This document shows positions 26,667 through 38,903 of a stretch of DNA of 64,000 bases, piece after piece. The notes below the pieces were generated by a model. That model saw only the letters and a program-made list of their open reading frames with translations, searched no databases and was not told where the DNA came from. The position numbers and the translations under genes are program-made. The stretch is from Hydrolagus colliei (Eukaryota), in assembly GCA_035084275.1 (NCBI GenBank), contig CM068743.1, positions 74,400,001 to 74,464,000 of the forward strand, in the 5' to 3' direction. Within the stretch, counting starts at the first letter, position 1. Each line of letters opens with the position of its first letter.

Positions 26667-26785
26667 GTGTAGATTTACATGCTACATGTAAATCTACACA
26701 GAATGCTGGATGGGCTTCTAAACTGGTGCATGACATCCACCCTGTTTGTATTACATTAATATCCACCCTGTTTGTATTACATTAA
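26667..26785. repeat. Perfect 15-bp hairpin (26667-26699) plus a 25-bp tandem duplication (26735-26785)
   Basis: gtgtagatttacatg-cta-catgtaaatctacac; atccaccctgtttgtattacattaa x2. Confidence 0.9.
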
Positions 26786-27479
26786 CGTCACAGATGAATT
26801 TATGTTAAAGAAGCCAATCTCCAGTTGCAGAGGAAGAGGTTCTCAAAAGAATGTTTTCAGGAAAGACAGTTCACTCCACATGAGGTCCTGGGAAACTTGT
26901 GTAAACATTTACTATGGAAGAAGCAAGTCAGATGTGAATGTGAGAGGGTCCAGGGAAATGCAGTAAAACACCCACACAATAACCTGCTGAATTTTGCTGT
27001 AGACTAATACGAGTGCACAAATCCACCACTGCTGTTTTCCTTATGATTGGAATATTTGTCAGTTGGGGTTTTATTGAAATCTGAGCCTTTATTGGGAGTG
27101 AAATGTAATTATGGCTCTACATAGTGTGAGAGACTTGCTCAACCTGAGGAGATAAAAGTGTATTACTACTGAGCAAGATCGACGAAAATCTTATTATGTT
27201 TTTCTCATAAGCTTGGCAGCAATTTTGATATCAATACACTTTAGACTTAACTGAAAATTAAATAAACATCTGGTGGGCAAATTCAGTTTGTTTGCATAGC
27301 TGATTATTTTAATAATCTATAAGGGGGCTACAAAATGCAATGTGTGATGTGCTAATTATCACAGGTGTTTGACTGGTCACATCAAAACCAGGCAATCAAT
27401 TAACTATGGTTTTGGACCTGAATTTTTGGGCATAATTATCACAACAACTGCATGAAGAAATTGCAATTATATAGTGCCT

Positions 27480-27785
27480 TAATAATAATGATAAGCCTTG
27501 CATTTGATATAGCACTTTTCATGTCTTCTAGATGTCTCTAAGCGCTTCACAGAATATAATGGTAAAGTGAATTGACTGTATACATGTGGGCAAAATGTGG
27601 CTGCCAATTGTGCACAGCAGTGTCCCACAAACAGTCATGGATTGAAATGACCCATTTTATTTTTGCAAGGAATTATTAGGCCTGTGGAGTAAGTTAAACT
27701 TGCCCAATGTTTCGCCCCGCCTGGAATTGAACCCAGGTCTCTCGCTTGTAAGGCGAGTGCTTTAACCATTGAGCTACAGGGCTCC
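27480..27785 (-). mobile_element. tRNA-derived SINE, antisense
   Basis: Reverse complement of the family, from the (ATA)n tail to gagctacagggctcc. Confidence 0.85.
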
Positions 27786-28392
27786 ACACCCCTTTTACTT
27801 TGGAACGATGTCCTAAGTCGCTGGACAATCAAAGGTGTGCACCTGAGCTGGGAGTTTGGATACCATAGGGGTGGGGACCAAGGGAGGAGTGGTGAGGGTG
27901 GGAAGATGACAAATGGTGCGGACAAAGGGGAAGGTCTTGAAGAACCTTGTAAGAGATGGGGAAAAGGGGCAAATGGAAGGAATTCAGGAATGAAGTTCCA
28001 AAGAGTGGGGGCAAAAAAGCTAAAAGCATGACCACTGATAGTGGGATGGGTAGGGTGGGGGACTTGAGGCAAGCCAGTGCCTACATTTTTATTATTGCAT
28101 TTTTCCTCTCCTATATTTTCTTAAGAAAGAACATTCCACTACACAGATGATTAAATTCAACCTTTGTTGCTTAACCTGTAGCTTTAACATTGAATAAAAA
28201 TCTCAAGACATTTCTTGTTGATTGCACCTTTAGTCATCTCCCCTCCGCATCCCACCTCACTGCGTTCCCTACCCCTAACTCAGATTCTCCCACAACTTAG
28301 ATTCCAAGACTGTTATGCATTTTGGGATGTCATGAAAGGCATTATATAAATGTAAATTGGTATTGTATTGTAACTATATCCTCTGTCTATAG

Positions 28393-28485
28393 ATCAAAGC
28401 TCACGAGGGCAGCTATGGTTTTGCACTTGAGGAGAGGAACAAGGTACCTATTGTGAAGTCTGTGGAGAAGGGATCTTATACTGAG
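28393..28485 (+). CDS. PREX2: PREX2 exon (~17), PDZ1: [31 protein letters not shown]
   Basis: tctatag|ATC ... TGAG|gtaagt; 93 nt. Confidence 0.95.
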
Positions 28486-29976
28486 GTAAGTGTTTTATTG
28501 AATTCCTTGGGACGTCCTCCCGACCTGAATGGCACTATACAAATATAATTTTTTCCGAGTTGTTGTTTTGAATTCCTTTTGGGTTAGATTGAGAAGCGTT
28601 CTGAATGTCCACAGTTTTGTTAAGTGAGAAATTATTTAGTTTCAGGGAGAAATTCCATCCTGGTGTAGATGTACTCTTTATTTATTACCATTTCTGTTCT
28701 GACTCTGCACCCCATGTCCTCTCCTATATCAGGGCCCGTTCACTCCTTTCCTTGTTTGGCTTCCCCGGCACCTGATCGCCCAGCGGATCAAATTCTTGCT
28801 ATCACATTCAAATCACTTGTCCCACCTGACCTCTATGATCTCCTGCAACCCTACCTACCTGGCCACTCCATCTGCTCAGCGAATACTGACCTCCATCATA
28901 TCCCTGGTTGAAAGCCCCACTAACGGTGGGTGAACTTTCAGCATTTTGGCCCTGCTTTCTCAAACCCCTCACCTTGATTTCCTCACACACCAGTTATAAA
29001 GCCCGCTTCTTTAATTCCAATATGACTGTAAAGATATGCTGTATTGTGCCTCAGCACTTCCAGAATCTTTGCAAATTGCTGAATTCGATCAATCTTTCAA
29101 GGCGCTTTTCTGCAGTTCTTAATAGTAGGTTAAGGAAAACCAACTTCATAAATTAGATTTAATTTAAGATTGGCTAAATTCTGGACTGTTAATTCCAACA
29201 TCAATCGAGCAAATCTCGATCCAGGTGGAATTTCTCCTCCCTAGTGTGTCGCGCTTTGGATGTTCATTCAAGGTCCAGATGCTCTCCTGGGTTGAAGGCC
29301 AGTGTATAATTACATGTTCTAGATTTTATACAGAATACAGTGTACACTCAGGGTCAAAATGACAGAAAGTTCAACCACCATGAGTGGAGGGTATCAGCCA
29401 GGGGAAATGAAGCAGATCATTGTTCTCCGAGCAGAGGAAGTGGGCGGGTTGATATCTAATAGCAGATAGCTAATATTAGTTACTGGCGGTTGAGGGTACT
29501 GCCTATTATTTCCCTATCCCACTTGCTGACTGTGACTTCAATTAACTGACTCGAAGAGATTACATATGGTTGTGATTAAATTACAGTTTCTATTTCTTGA
29601 GTATCAGTGTCAACACACATTGAAGGCACTGGCAATTGATGTCTGCCATGACAGTCACTGCCAGTCACCATTCTTAACTGATTAAAATAAAGTTCACGAT
29701 CTTCACAGGGTTCTATATCTCTTAAAATAATAACTGCTGGAGTAATTTAATGCTCTAATTTCATAACCTCAATTCAGGGTTCAAATAATGGTCATAGAGC
29801 ACTTTAACTTTGGTTTACAATGATATCTGATCCCCAAGTTAAGATTATTGGCCTGTAATTGCTCTATTCATCATTTGCTTATCCTCTATATAGTTCAGGA
29901 TGATCCAGTCATCAATGAGTGCTGGAGGAATTATTTACTTAATGTCACTGCAAGTGTTATATCTTTTCAGGTGATG

Positions 29977-30332
29977 TAATCCTGTAGCATATTGGTTAAG
30001 AGCATTCGCCTCCAAAACGAGAGGATCTGAGTTCAATTTCTTGGCAAGGTGAAGCATTAGGCAAATTTATTTGCTCCACACCCCCCTGTTTACCTAGCAG
30101 TAAGTAGGAACCTTGTTGTTGGTCGATTGATGAATCGCTTTTCCGGGGGTAATAATCTCTTTTTAAAAAATTAAGTTAAAAATATTTGGTCACTTGATCC
30201 ATAACTTTGTGGGACACTGTCATGTGCAATTGGCTGCCACATTTTGAACATAAAATATACAGTCAACTCACTTTACAGATATGTCTGGAAGACATGATAA
30301 GGCGCAATATCAAATGCAAGAATTATTATTAT
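29977..30332 (+). mobile_element. tRNA-derived SINE, long variant
   Basis: Extra segment ctgtttacctagcagtaagtaggaacc...gatgaatcgcttttccgggggtaataatc, also seen in the copies at 50228 and 57474. Confidence 0.8.
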
Positions 30333-31740
30333 ATTCACTCACTCCCCATCATTATTCATGTTCGTATTGATAATCCTTTCATTTGAGATAATATTGCCTT
30401 TCATGCAAGGAACTCTCAGTGTGCTTCACAGGATGCACTCTAAAATGGTTAGTGCCTGTGAAGTTTTGTAGACAAATAAAGCAGCCGATTTGGGCACAGG
30501 TATGCTCCGCAAAAAGCCTTGAAGCGATTGACCAATTTTATTTTGGGGAATTACGTAAAAACAACAAATTACATTTGTATCGTGCCTTTCATGTCAGGTG
30601 GATGTTTCAAGGCTTTGGACAGTCAGCGATCCGCGCCCAGGCTGGTGGGTGGAATCAGGTGGGGTAGGAGGGTAGGGGTAGGAGGGTGACATCCACATTT
30701 AAAGTATAAATCATTAGTGATGAGTGTGAACCAAGGAAACTGAGTTTGTTTCATACGTCCTAACTGAATAACAACAGCTTGTAATGCTATAATGGCTGTC
30801 CTGCAGGGATAGCACGTCAGTGCACTGCAATACACGTATACCTATGCTCAGTTCAACAAACAATATTGGTGATGGCAATGAACCATTTAAGAAAGGGTAT
30901 ATTTTGGTGAGAATGCAGTTAATGTGAAGCTTATATGCATGGCTAGAAAGAATGGGGATGCAGCATGTTGAAGCTCCAATGTCCTGTTGGTTCATGGGTT
31001 TGGAACATGGGTTTGTGATTGATTCTCTGTTGACTTGTTACCAACCTCAGCCACTGTGGAGATGTGCCCAGCAGGGATCAATTTTCTTTCCTCTCAAAGA
31101 GGAAATCGGAGGAAGAGTGAATGACAATGGGCTTATCTCACCAACCTTACAGCTCGCAGTTACAGAGTGGTCTGGAAGTGAGCTGAAATCAGATATTCTG
31201 CACACCCTCTCTGCAAAGCATAAAGTGTGGGATGAGGTTCGAGCACCTTGTGATGTCATTCTGACATGAAAGTTCCTATACAAATGTAATTTTTTGTTGT
31301 GAGGGGTGATTGAGTTTCGAACCAGGAAGGCAGAAAATAAGCACCAATAGTTCTGAGAAAAGTAAATTCTTGCAAAAACAACCTCTTTACTAGAAAGTTT
31401 TTTTAAAGCTATGATGGAGAGTTTGAACTATGCAAGAATTTTTAGTGTGCATTGTGAAGAAAATATGTAAACATTGCGAAAGCACGCAGGATGCTAAAAA
31501 TAGCACACTTTCCTGAATAAAATTTAAAAATTCCTGAAAGATTAGTAGAAAAGGTCATTACATCCCCATTGGTTTACTTTAGAGCTAATATGTAGGATAA
31601 AATAAATGCCTTTACCTACAGAAATATACTCTTCTTTTGATGGCTTTAAAAGTTGAGCATTAATCTCTTGCTTATTTACATAACAATTGCTTCTGACGAA
31701 TATGACCTCTGTGCATTAAAGCTTCTGTGATTTTGCCCAG

Positions 31741-31889
31741 ATGGCAGGTCTGGAGGTCGGGAAAAAGATTTTTGCTATCAATGGAGACCTGGTTTTCCTA
31801 CGACCCTTTCAGGAAGTGGAGTGTTTCCTGCAGCAGTGCTTCAATAGCAAGAGGCCTCTGAGGGTTCTTGTGAACACAAAGCCACGAGA
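31741..31889 (+). CDS. PREX2: PREX2 exon (~18), PDZ1: [49 protein letters not shown](E)
   Basis: tgcccag|ATG ... CGAGA|gtaagt; 149 nt. Confidence 0.95.
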
Positions 31890-32212
31890 GTAAGTCATGT
31901 GTCATGTTACAGCTCAGGTTTAATATCTGAAGGATTATCACTTTAAGTCGCTTCTGATGATGCAAAAGGATCAATTGTCATTGAAAGCACCACTGCAGTA
32001 TAAGGCTGCACAACCCTTGAGTATTCATTGGAAAAATGGTCTGACTAATTAATTATTGTTAAATTGTCAGATTAAAAAAAATTAACTCTGTTAATTTGCA
32101 CCATCATTTTTGTATGTCCTATGTCCCAGATTAGACTCAAACCACAATACTTGCTGTTATTCTGCTAAATTCAGTGAAGGGCTGAACTGTGAGTGTTGGG
32201 GGATGGGGGGAC

Positions 32213-32480
32213 GGTTACCGCTCGGTAGTCCGAAGGTTCTTTAGTCCGAAGCTTCCCCTAGCCCTAACCCTAACCTTAACCCTAACCTTTGGACTAATGA
32301 ACCTTCGGACTATCGCACCAAATGTTCGGATTAACAAACCGTATTTCATTGTCGGTTCGGACTATCGAGCGGTAACCACGGTAACTGCCCCAGGTATAGG
32401 AAATTTGTGTGTTCGGACTATCGAACCTTTGGACTAATGAACCTTCAGACTATCGAACCTTTGGACTATCGAGTGCCCCC
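32213..32480. mobile_element. Foldback/MULE-like non-autonomous element, 268 bp
   Basis: 9-bp direct repeat TGGGGGGAC at 32204-32212 and 32481-32489; GG...CC ends; inverted arrays of ~15-bp TAGTCCGAAGGTTC(G/T); internal (CCCTAA)n. Confidence 0.75.
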
Positions 32481-32738
32481 TGGGGGGACTGTTGGAGGTG
32501 TGTGGAAACAGAGGACATGCAATATGCAAAGTGATAATAATAATTCTTGCATTTGATAATTATCACCTGTGATGATTTTTGAAGGCTAAAGTTTAAATAA
32601 TTACATCAATTTGCTACTCGCTTCCCATTTTATTGTAAAATCTCATTTTAAGTATGGAAAAAGTCTTTGGAGATCTAGTTTGTTGGCTGTACTTCCGTCC
32701 TCCCGATGTGAAAAACAACAACAGCAAAATTACATTTC

Positions 32739-32739
<1 letters not shown>

Positions 32740-32769
<30 letters not shown>

Positions 32770-33071
32770 TTTTGCATTTGATATAGCGCTTTTCACATCT
32801 TATCGACGTCCCAAAGCACTTCACAGAATATACTGTAAAGTGAATTGACTGTATATATTTGTGGGCGAATCGCGGCAGCCAATTGCGCACAGCAGTGTCC
32901 CACACACAGTCATGGATTGAAATGACCAATTTTATTATTGTGGTTTTTTTGGAGGGATTATTATTAGGCATGTGGAGTAAGGAAACTTGCCCAAGGTTTC
33001 GCCCTGACCTGGCTGGATTCGAACACAGGTTTCCCCAGCTTGCAAGATAAGTGCTCTAACCACTAAGCCAC
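32740..33071 (-). mobile_element. tRNA-derived SINE, antisense, long (AAT)n tail, inserted in an L2 tail
   Basis: Very similar to the 17012 copy; splits the L2 tail tttcta|tagaggcgcc. Confidence 0.9.
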
Positions 33072-33833
33072 ATAGAGGCGCCTTTCACGTCGGGAGGACA
33101 TCCCAAGGCGCTGAACAGTCAGGTCGGGACCCGAGCAAGGGTAAGGGGCAGGGGAGGGGGGAGGTATGAGGGGATGGAGAGAGTTGAGAGGGCAACAGAA
33201 GGCACAGTTGAAGAGGAGGATCTTGAGACCGCCTTGAAGGAGGCGAGGGAAGGAGCGTTGAAGGGACTATGGGATGGAGTTCCAGCTTGGGGGCAGAGAG
33301 GCTGAAAGCCTGTCCGCCGATGGTAGGGCGGGTTGGGCGGGGACATAGAGCAAGCTATGAGCCTGCTGAACTGAGAGGGTGGGGAGATTCATAGGGGGAC
33401 AGCAGGTTGGAGAGGTAAGGGGGTGGGGTCAAGGCCATGAATGGCCTTGAAGGTGAGGATGAGCATCTTGAATTTGATCCTCTGGGGATGGGTGCCAATG
33501 CATCCGGGCGAGGGTGGAAGTGATGTGGTTGCGGAGCTTGGTGCGGGTGAAGACATGAGGTCCAGAGTTCTGGATGATATGAAGCTTCTGAAGGGAAGAA
33601 CCAGGAAGGCCGACGAGGAGGGAGTTTCCATAATTGAGCCTTGATGTGACGAATGCATGGACAAGGGTTTTGGCAGCCTGAGGAGTGAGGCAGTGGCGGA
33701 GTTCGGTGATGTTGCGAAGGTGGTGGAAGACAGTACTGGCCATGTCGCAAATGTGGGGCTGGAAGGACAGTTCAAGGCGAAACAAGACGCCCAGGTTCCT
33801 GACTTGCTTATAGAGGTGGAGAGTGCAGCCTTG
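33072..33833 (-). mobile_element. L2 LINE 3' ~0.8 kb with frameshifted ORF2 C-terminus
   Basis: VRNLGVLF...LVHAFVTSRLNYGNSLLVGLP...LHIIQN; the end of its tail lies at 32714-32740. Confidence 0.9.
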
Positions 33834-34364
33834 GAAAGGCACTCTATAAATATAATTTTGTTGTTATTGTTGTTGTACTGACTGCTTTGAATCTCAGAAG
33901 ATGGGACAAATAGGGACTAACTATTTCCCTTACATAAAGGAAATGAACAATGGGGACAAGCATTCTAAAGGTCATTCTCAGAAAGCCTTTTGAAAGCTGT
34001 TCCAATAGTAACCTTGGGGAGAGGCTGTTTGTCTTCCTCCTAAGTAGTTGAATGGTAAGATGCCCTGAAACCCCCAAAGAAGAGCAAAATGACAAATGAA
34101 GCACAAATAATAAAGGACAATGCCTTGTACAAAATCAGTGTCTTTTCCACTTACTCAGTGAAATTGCTTTCAGTTGTCAGAATGTTGCCGAATAAATTAA
34201 ACAGTTGGCTGATTTATATTCAACAGACAGCATTTAAATGGTCTCCTTAATTCAAACCCACAGGTATGTATTCTTTCAGCCACTATGCTGCCACCCTCTG
34301 GAATTCCCTTCCTCTACTCCTCCATATCACCCCCTCTCTATCTGTCTTCAAAAGACACTTATAA

Positions 34365-34658
<294 letters not shown>

Positions 34659-35582
34659 TAAACAGATGGCTGACAGCTGTGCTTGGAGGCCAGTCAAAGG
34701 TAGATTATATTCACATGGCTACTGTTTTAAACCAAATGCAATGCTATGGATAGTGATGCTTTTTCTTTGCATTTTGCAGGTGTTAATTTATACTCAGTAT
34801 GTGTACTGTATACAAGTGGCCAATATTTATTAGTTTTAAAGACTTGCTGTCAATGAGAGAACAAACCTAATTTGTTGTAGGCAGAAGACCATACAACACA
34901 CAAACCAATATTTTTCGGCAAACGTGCCACTTCAGCAAAGATCCATCTATTCTCACATAATGGATGCTTGTTCTTCAAACAAACAGTTGTGATTTTTTTT
35001 GTGAATAAGCAGCCAGTGACATGTGGCGGTAGTTGAGACGATCGATTGAGTCACAAAATATATAGTTAACAGCTGTTGAAAATTGGATTTTCTGTGGTAC
35101 AATTTACAATCAACCAAATAATGCAGTGATTTTAATATCGAAGGGAAACATTTCTAAGGAATCTTAATTCATCAATGAATTGCATGTTCATTAATTTAGT
35201 TGCGGTCGTTGAGTACTCGTCTTTTTAGCAAACTGTTGACAGTTCTGGATCCAGAGTCCGCTCGTCGTGGCTCATTTAGTCTCATCTGTTTGCAGTTCGG
35301 CTGTTGGATCGAGGGTGTAACGCACCTCAGCATTTATGAACATATTGATAGAGTCTGAGGAACACCCTCTTGTGGTGGTTGAGCATGGGGACTATTTAAG
35401 GTCTGACAGGTAGACTCTTATGCTTGTTTTGGTTGAGGTAAAATAAACACAATAATCTTTTTCTTGGGAGAAATGTTATATGTGGTGTGCAGGTGTGGGT
35501 GCCTATCTCAAGGCTCAAGAATGTACCAGAATTCGGTAGAGAGTGTGAAACAATCTGAAGCATCATTTCAACCAGGATAATA

Positions 35583-35830
35583 TTGGCCTCAGTCAGTAGC
35601 ACTCAGGTCAGAAGTTGGTGAATTCAAGCCCCATGTCATGGTTTGAACTCATACTCTACTGACTGACTCTCCAGTGCAGTGCTGGGGGAGTCTTTGCATT
35701 GTCAGAAGTGATGTCCTTTGGAATAGACTGTGGTGCTGTTTCCTTTCTCTCAAGTGGGTGCTGAAGATCCTGTGATACTATTTGAAGAGAGGTTTTCAAT
35801 AATGTCCTGACCTATAATCCTCCCATTGAA
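35583..35830 (+). mobile_element. Old Deu-domain SINE fragment
   Basis: ctccagtgcagtgctgggggagt..tgcattgtcagaagtg..., aagatcctgtgatactatttgaaga. Confidence 0.7.
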
Positions 35831-36052
35831 TTAATCATTCACCTCTTACACCGCAGCCCCAAAACAAGGAGAAAAATGTGGAATTCAGTGTACTTCCTTA
35901 TCCAACCTCAAAGGTCAAGGACCGTTGCAAATACAGTAGCTTTTAAATGCTTCTAAACTCTCGCTGGGGTGTGGTTTGGTTTGGATAGATGCCCTTGGCC
36001 ATTGTACCTAGAACTTGGTGCAAAGTGCAATAACAAACCCATCAATCTTTTG

Positions 36053-36101
36053 ACTTTACATGAAACATGCTTAAAAATAACTTTACACGAAACATGCTTA
36101 A
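36053..36101. repeat. 22-bp near-tandem duplication
   Basis: actttaca(t/c)gaaacatgcttaa x2 with a 5-nt spacer. Confidence 0.85.
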
Positions 36102-38582
36102 CCTCTCCAAGAGAGTTATTGTCTAAAGGAATACTTTCAGTTTACCACAGTGTGCTTCTTATGTACACTGATCCATATCAGTAAAAGATGCACATCTCTG
36201 TCTCATCTGTTTTCTGCCCTTAATGTCACCAGCCGTGCTGAGCCATGCTCATTGGCAAAGTGTCAAACAGCTTAGGTTTCACTTGTTCGAGCAGCTAATT
36301 AGAATTTAAATAACATCTGATCAAATGCCTTCGCTTACAGTCTTGAGTTTAAGGTGGCAGTGGAGTGGTGCCACATGTTTGCTTGAATGTGCAAAGACCT
36401 TCACTGTCATCACTCTAAACGTATGAGGATGAGAACAACCAAATGATTACTAAGATCTATCGCTCGTTGATCACTGAAACAAATATATAAAACTGATACT
36501 TTTTAGTGATCTACAGTAAATAGATCCCAGTTACAGCCTGCCTGTTTTTAGATGGTTGGAATAACACATTATTTAATTATCAGATATTTGCTACTGCTTC
36601 TCTCCAGGCAGCGGCTCTCGAGGTTTGTCTCAACTGGAATTTCCCACTGCTCTCTTCCCTTCTTTAAATCCTAAGAAAAGCCTTGGACAAGCTGCTCATG
36701 TAACTTGTTGAACTCTGGCCATTGGCTTTTGTTTTTAAAATATTAAAATCATTCTCACTCATAAAATCTGTCTGGAGGAGCATATATTGGTCAACGATGT
36801 AATTTTCAAGTGTCTTTTAGTAGACAGTGTCTCCGCCTCCTCCTCATCCTGATGGTACACAGCACTAGAACACAACCCTCTGTACTTTAATTCAAAGGGC
36901 AAACAATGAAGTCTCTCACTCCTCGGAAATTGCATGCCAAGAAATGACTGGAAAAGCTTCCAACTGTCAAACCTTTGGCACAGTGCAAATAAATCTGCCT
37001 TTCTAACCCTCTGGCACTTAGGCTGTCCATTTAAAGGTTTCTTCCTCCATTTCATTAGTTTGATCATATTTCTCTTCAGAAATCAGATTGATTTCCAGGC
37101 ACCAGCCTCCTCCCTCCCCACCCCACCCCATCCCACCCCTTGTGATGGGCTCGGGAAACAAAACATCTAGACCTGCTTTTGAATTTGAATTTGGTGTATT
37201 CAAGGAGATACTGGTACTAACCTGGCCTGAGTGAGCTTTGGGCCTCCAGAGCAACGCAGCATTTATTAAACGCTCTTTTAACTGTTAGCAGGCGGGTCTC
37301 CCTTCCTTCCTAATCCATTCATATCACACTGATATACAGCTTTCATGACTCATGGGGAGATGTATTGCTCTCTTGTTAATTTTGTGACAAGTGACGTTTA
37401 ACCCCAATTATCTTGCAGTTGTTCCACTTGATTTCATTGGAGCAGTATGAAAGATTTCAAATGAGATTGAGAAAGTAAACCCAGAACAATGGTTTTGCAT
37501 GCACCAAGAGAGCTAAACAGGAGGACATATGGTTGCAAAGTACAATTTCGGAACAGACATAGGGATGTGTTTATTTACCCAGATCAAAATTAACAACAAT
37601 AACTTGCATTTATTTACCGTCCTTTAGGTGGGGCAGTGTCCTGGATCGCTACATAATTTTTTTTATGAAAGAAACAGATTGCCAGGAAGGGGCAGTTGAG
37701 GCCAGGGCACTGGACAAAAGTTGGATCAAAATGCAGAAATTACACAGCCATATCTTGGCTTGCAAGAACTTGGATTGTTTGCACAAAAATTCTGCCCTGC
37801 AAAATTGTGAGAGAAATTTCTGTCAATGACCGTCCAGCGCCTTGGACATCCTTCTGACGTGAAGGGAGTGTACTTTTGTTGTTGTTATTGTTGTCAATTA
37901 AAATCCCTCATTTCCAAATGCTCAGCTTATGCTGAATCATATGGTAGCTATTTATTCACTTCTTCAGTGATCATTAATAGAAATCTGATCCTCACAGAAA
38001 CATCCACTGGCAAGATGTGAAGAACTATGCAATAACAACAACAATGAAATTATACTTGTGTAGCGCCTTTCACATCAGGAGGACGTCCTAAGGTGCAATA
38101 CTCAGCCTTCAAGCTTTCAAACGATAATAATCTTTGAAGACTGATAATTGTCTCCATCAGTCTAAAATAGATCATCTTCCAAATTTCCATGCTGAAGCCT
38201 TTTTTTTCTTAAGATAGAACACTTAAACATTTAACTTAAGAAAGGCATGGAAACAAAACGTAATGAACTTGCTCACTCTGTTCGACCAAACGCTTACACA
38301 GAGTACCTTTCAATGCCTGGAGGGTACAGCACAGACACAGTGGAGGGAGCATTGTGTATGTGAGTACATGTAGTTATTTTTTAAAGTTGTAAACCACTTT
38401 GTAAGGGAGCAGTGTGGCAAGAAGGCTGCTGCAATGTCATTTCCTACAACAACAACAAAATTACATTTGTAGAGTGCCTTTCACGTCGGGAGGACGTCAG
38501 GAGGTGCTGCACATAAGCAGAAAGTGTCATCAAGTGAGCCTGCTCTAAGGGGCACATCGCTCTCACACTAACGGTAATATGT

Positions 38583-38903
38583 GGAGCTCCTGTAGCTCAG
38601 TGGTTAGAACACTCACCTTATAAGCGTGAAACTTATATTTGAATCCAGGCAGGTCAGGGCGAAACCTTGGGCAAGTTTCCTTACTCCACACGCCTTATAA
38701 TAATCAGTCCCTCAACAAAAACAACAATAATAAAAATTGGTCATTACAATCCACGACTGTTTGTGGGACACTACTGTGCACAATTGTGCTGTGTTCTGCC
38801 CACCAATTTACAGTCAATTCACTGTACAGTATATCCTTTGAAGCGCTTTGAAACGTCGATAAGATGTGAAAAATGCTGTATCAAATGCAAGGATTATTAT
38901 TAT
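38583..38903 (+). mobile_element. tRNA-derived SINE
   Basis: A/B boxes, shared body and tail. Confidence 0.88.

Noticed and set aside
32256-32287. True telomere or chromosome-fusion relic
   Set aside because: Only about 5 imperfect CCCTAA units, enclosed within a TSD-flanked element.
32290-32475. CRISPR-like short repeat array
   Set aside because: The ~15-bp units are adjacent without unique spacers and form transposon TIR arrays, in a vertebrate intron with no cas genes.
33429-33842. Functional reverse transcriptase gene
   Set aside because: Only the C-terminal part of L2 ORF2 is present, 5'-truncated and frameshifted, with no RT catalytic core.
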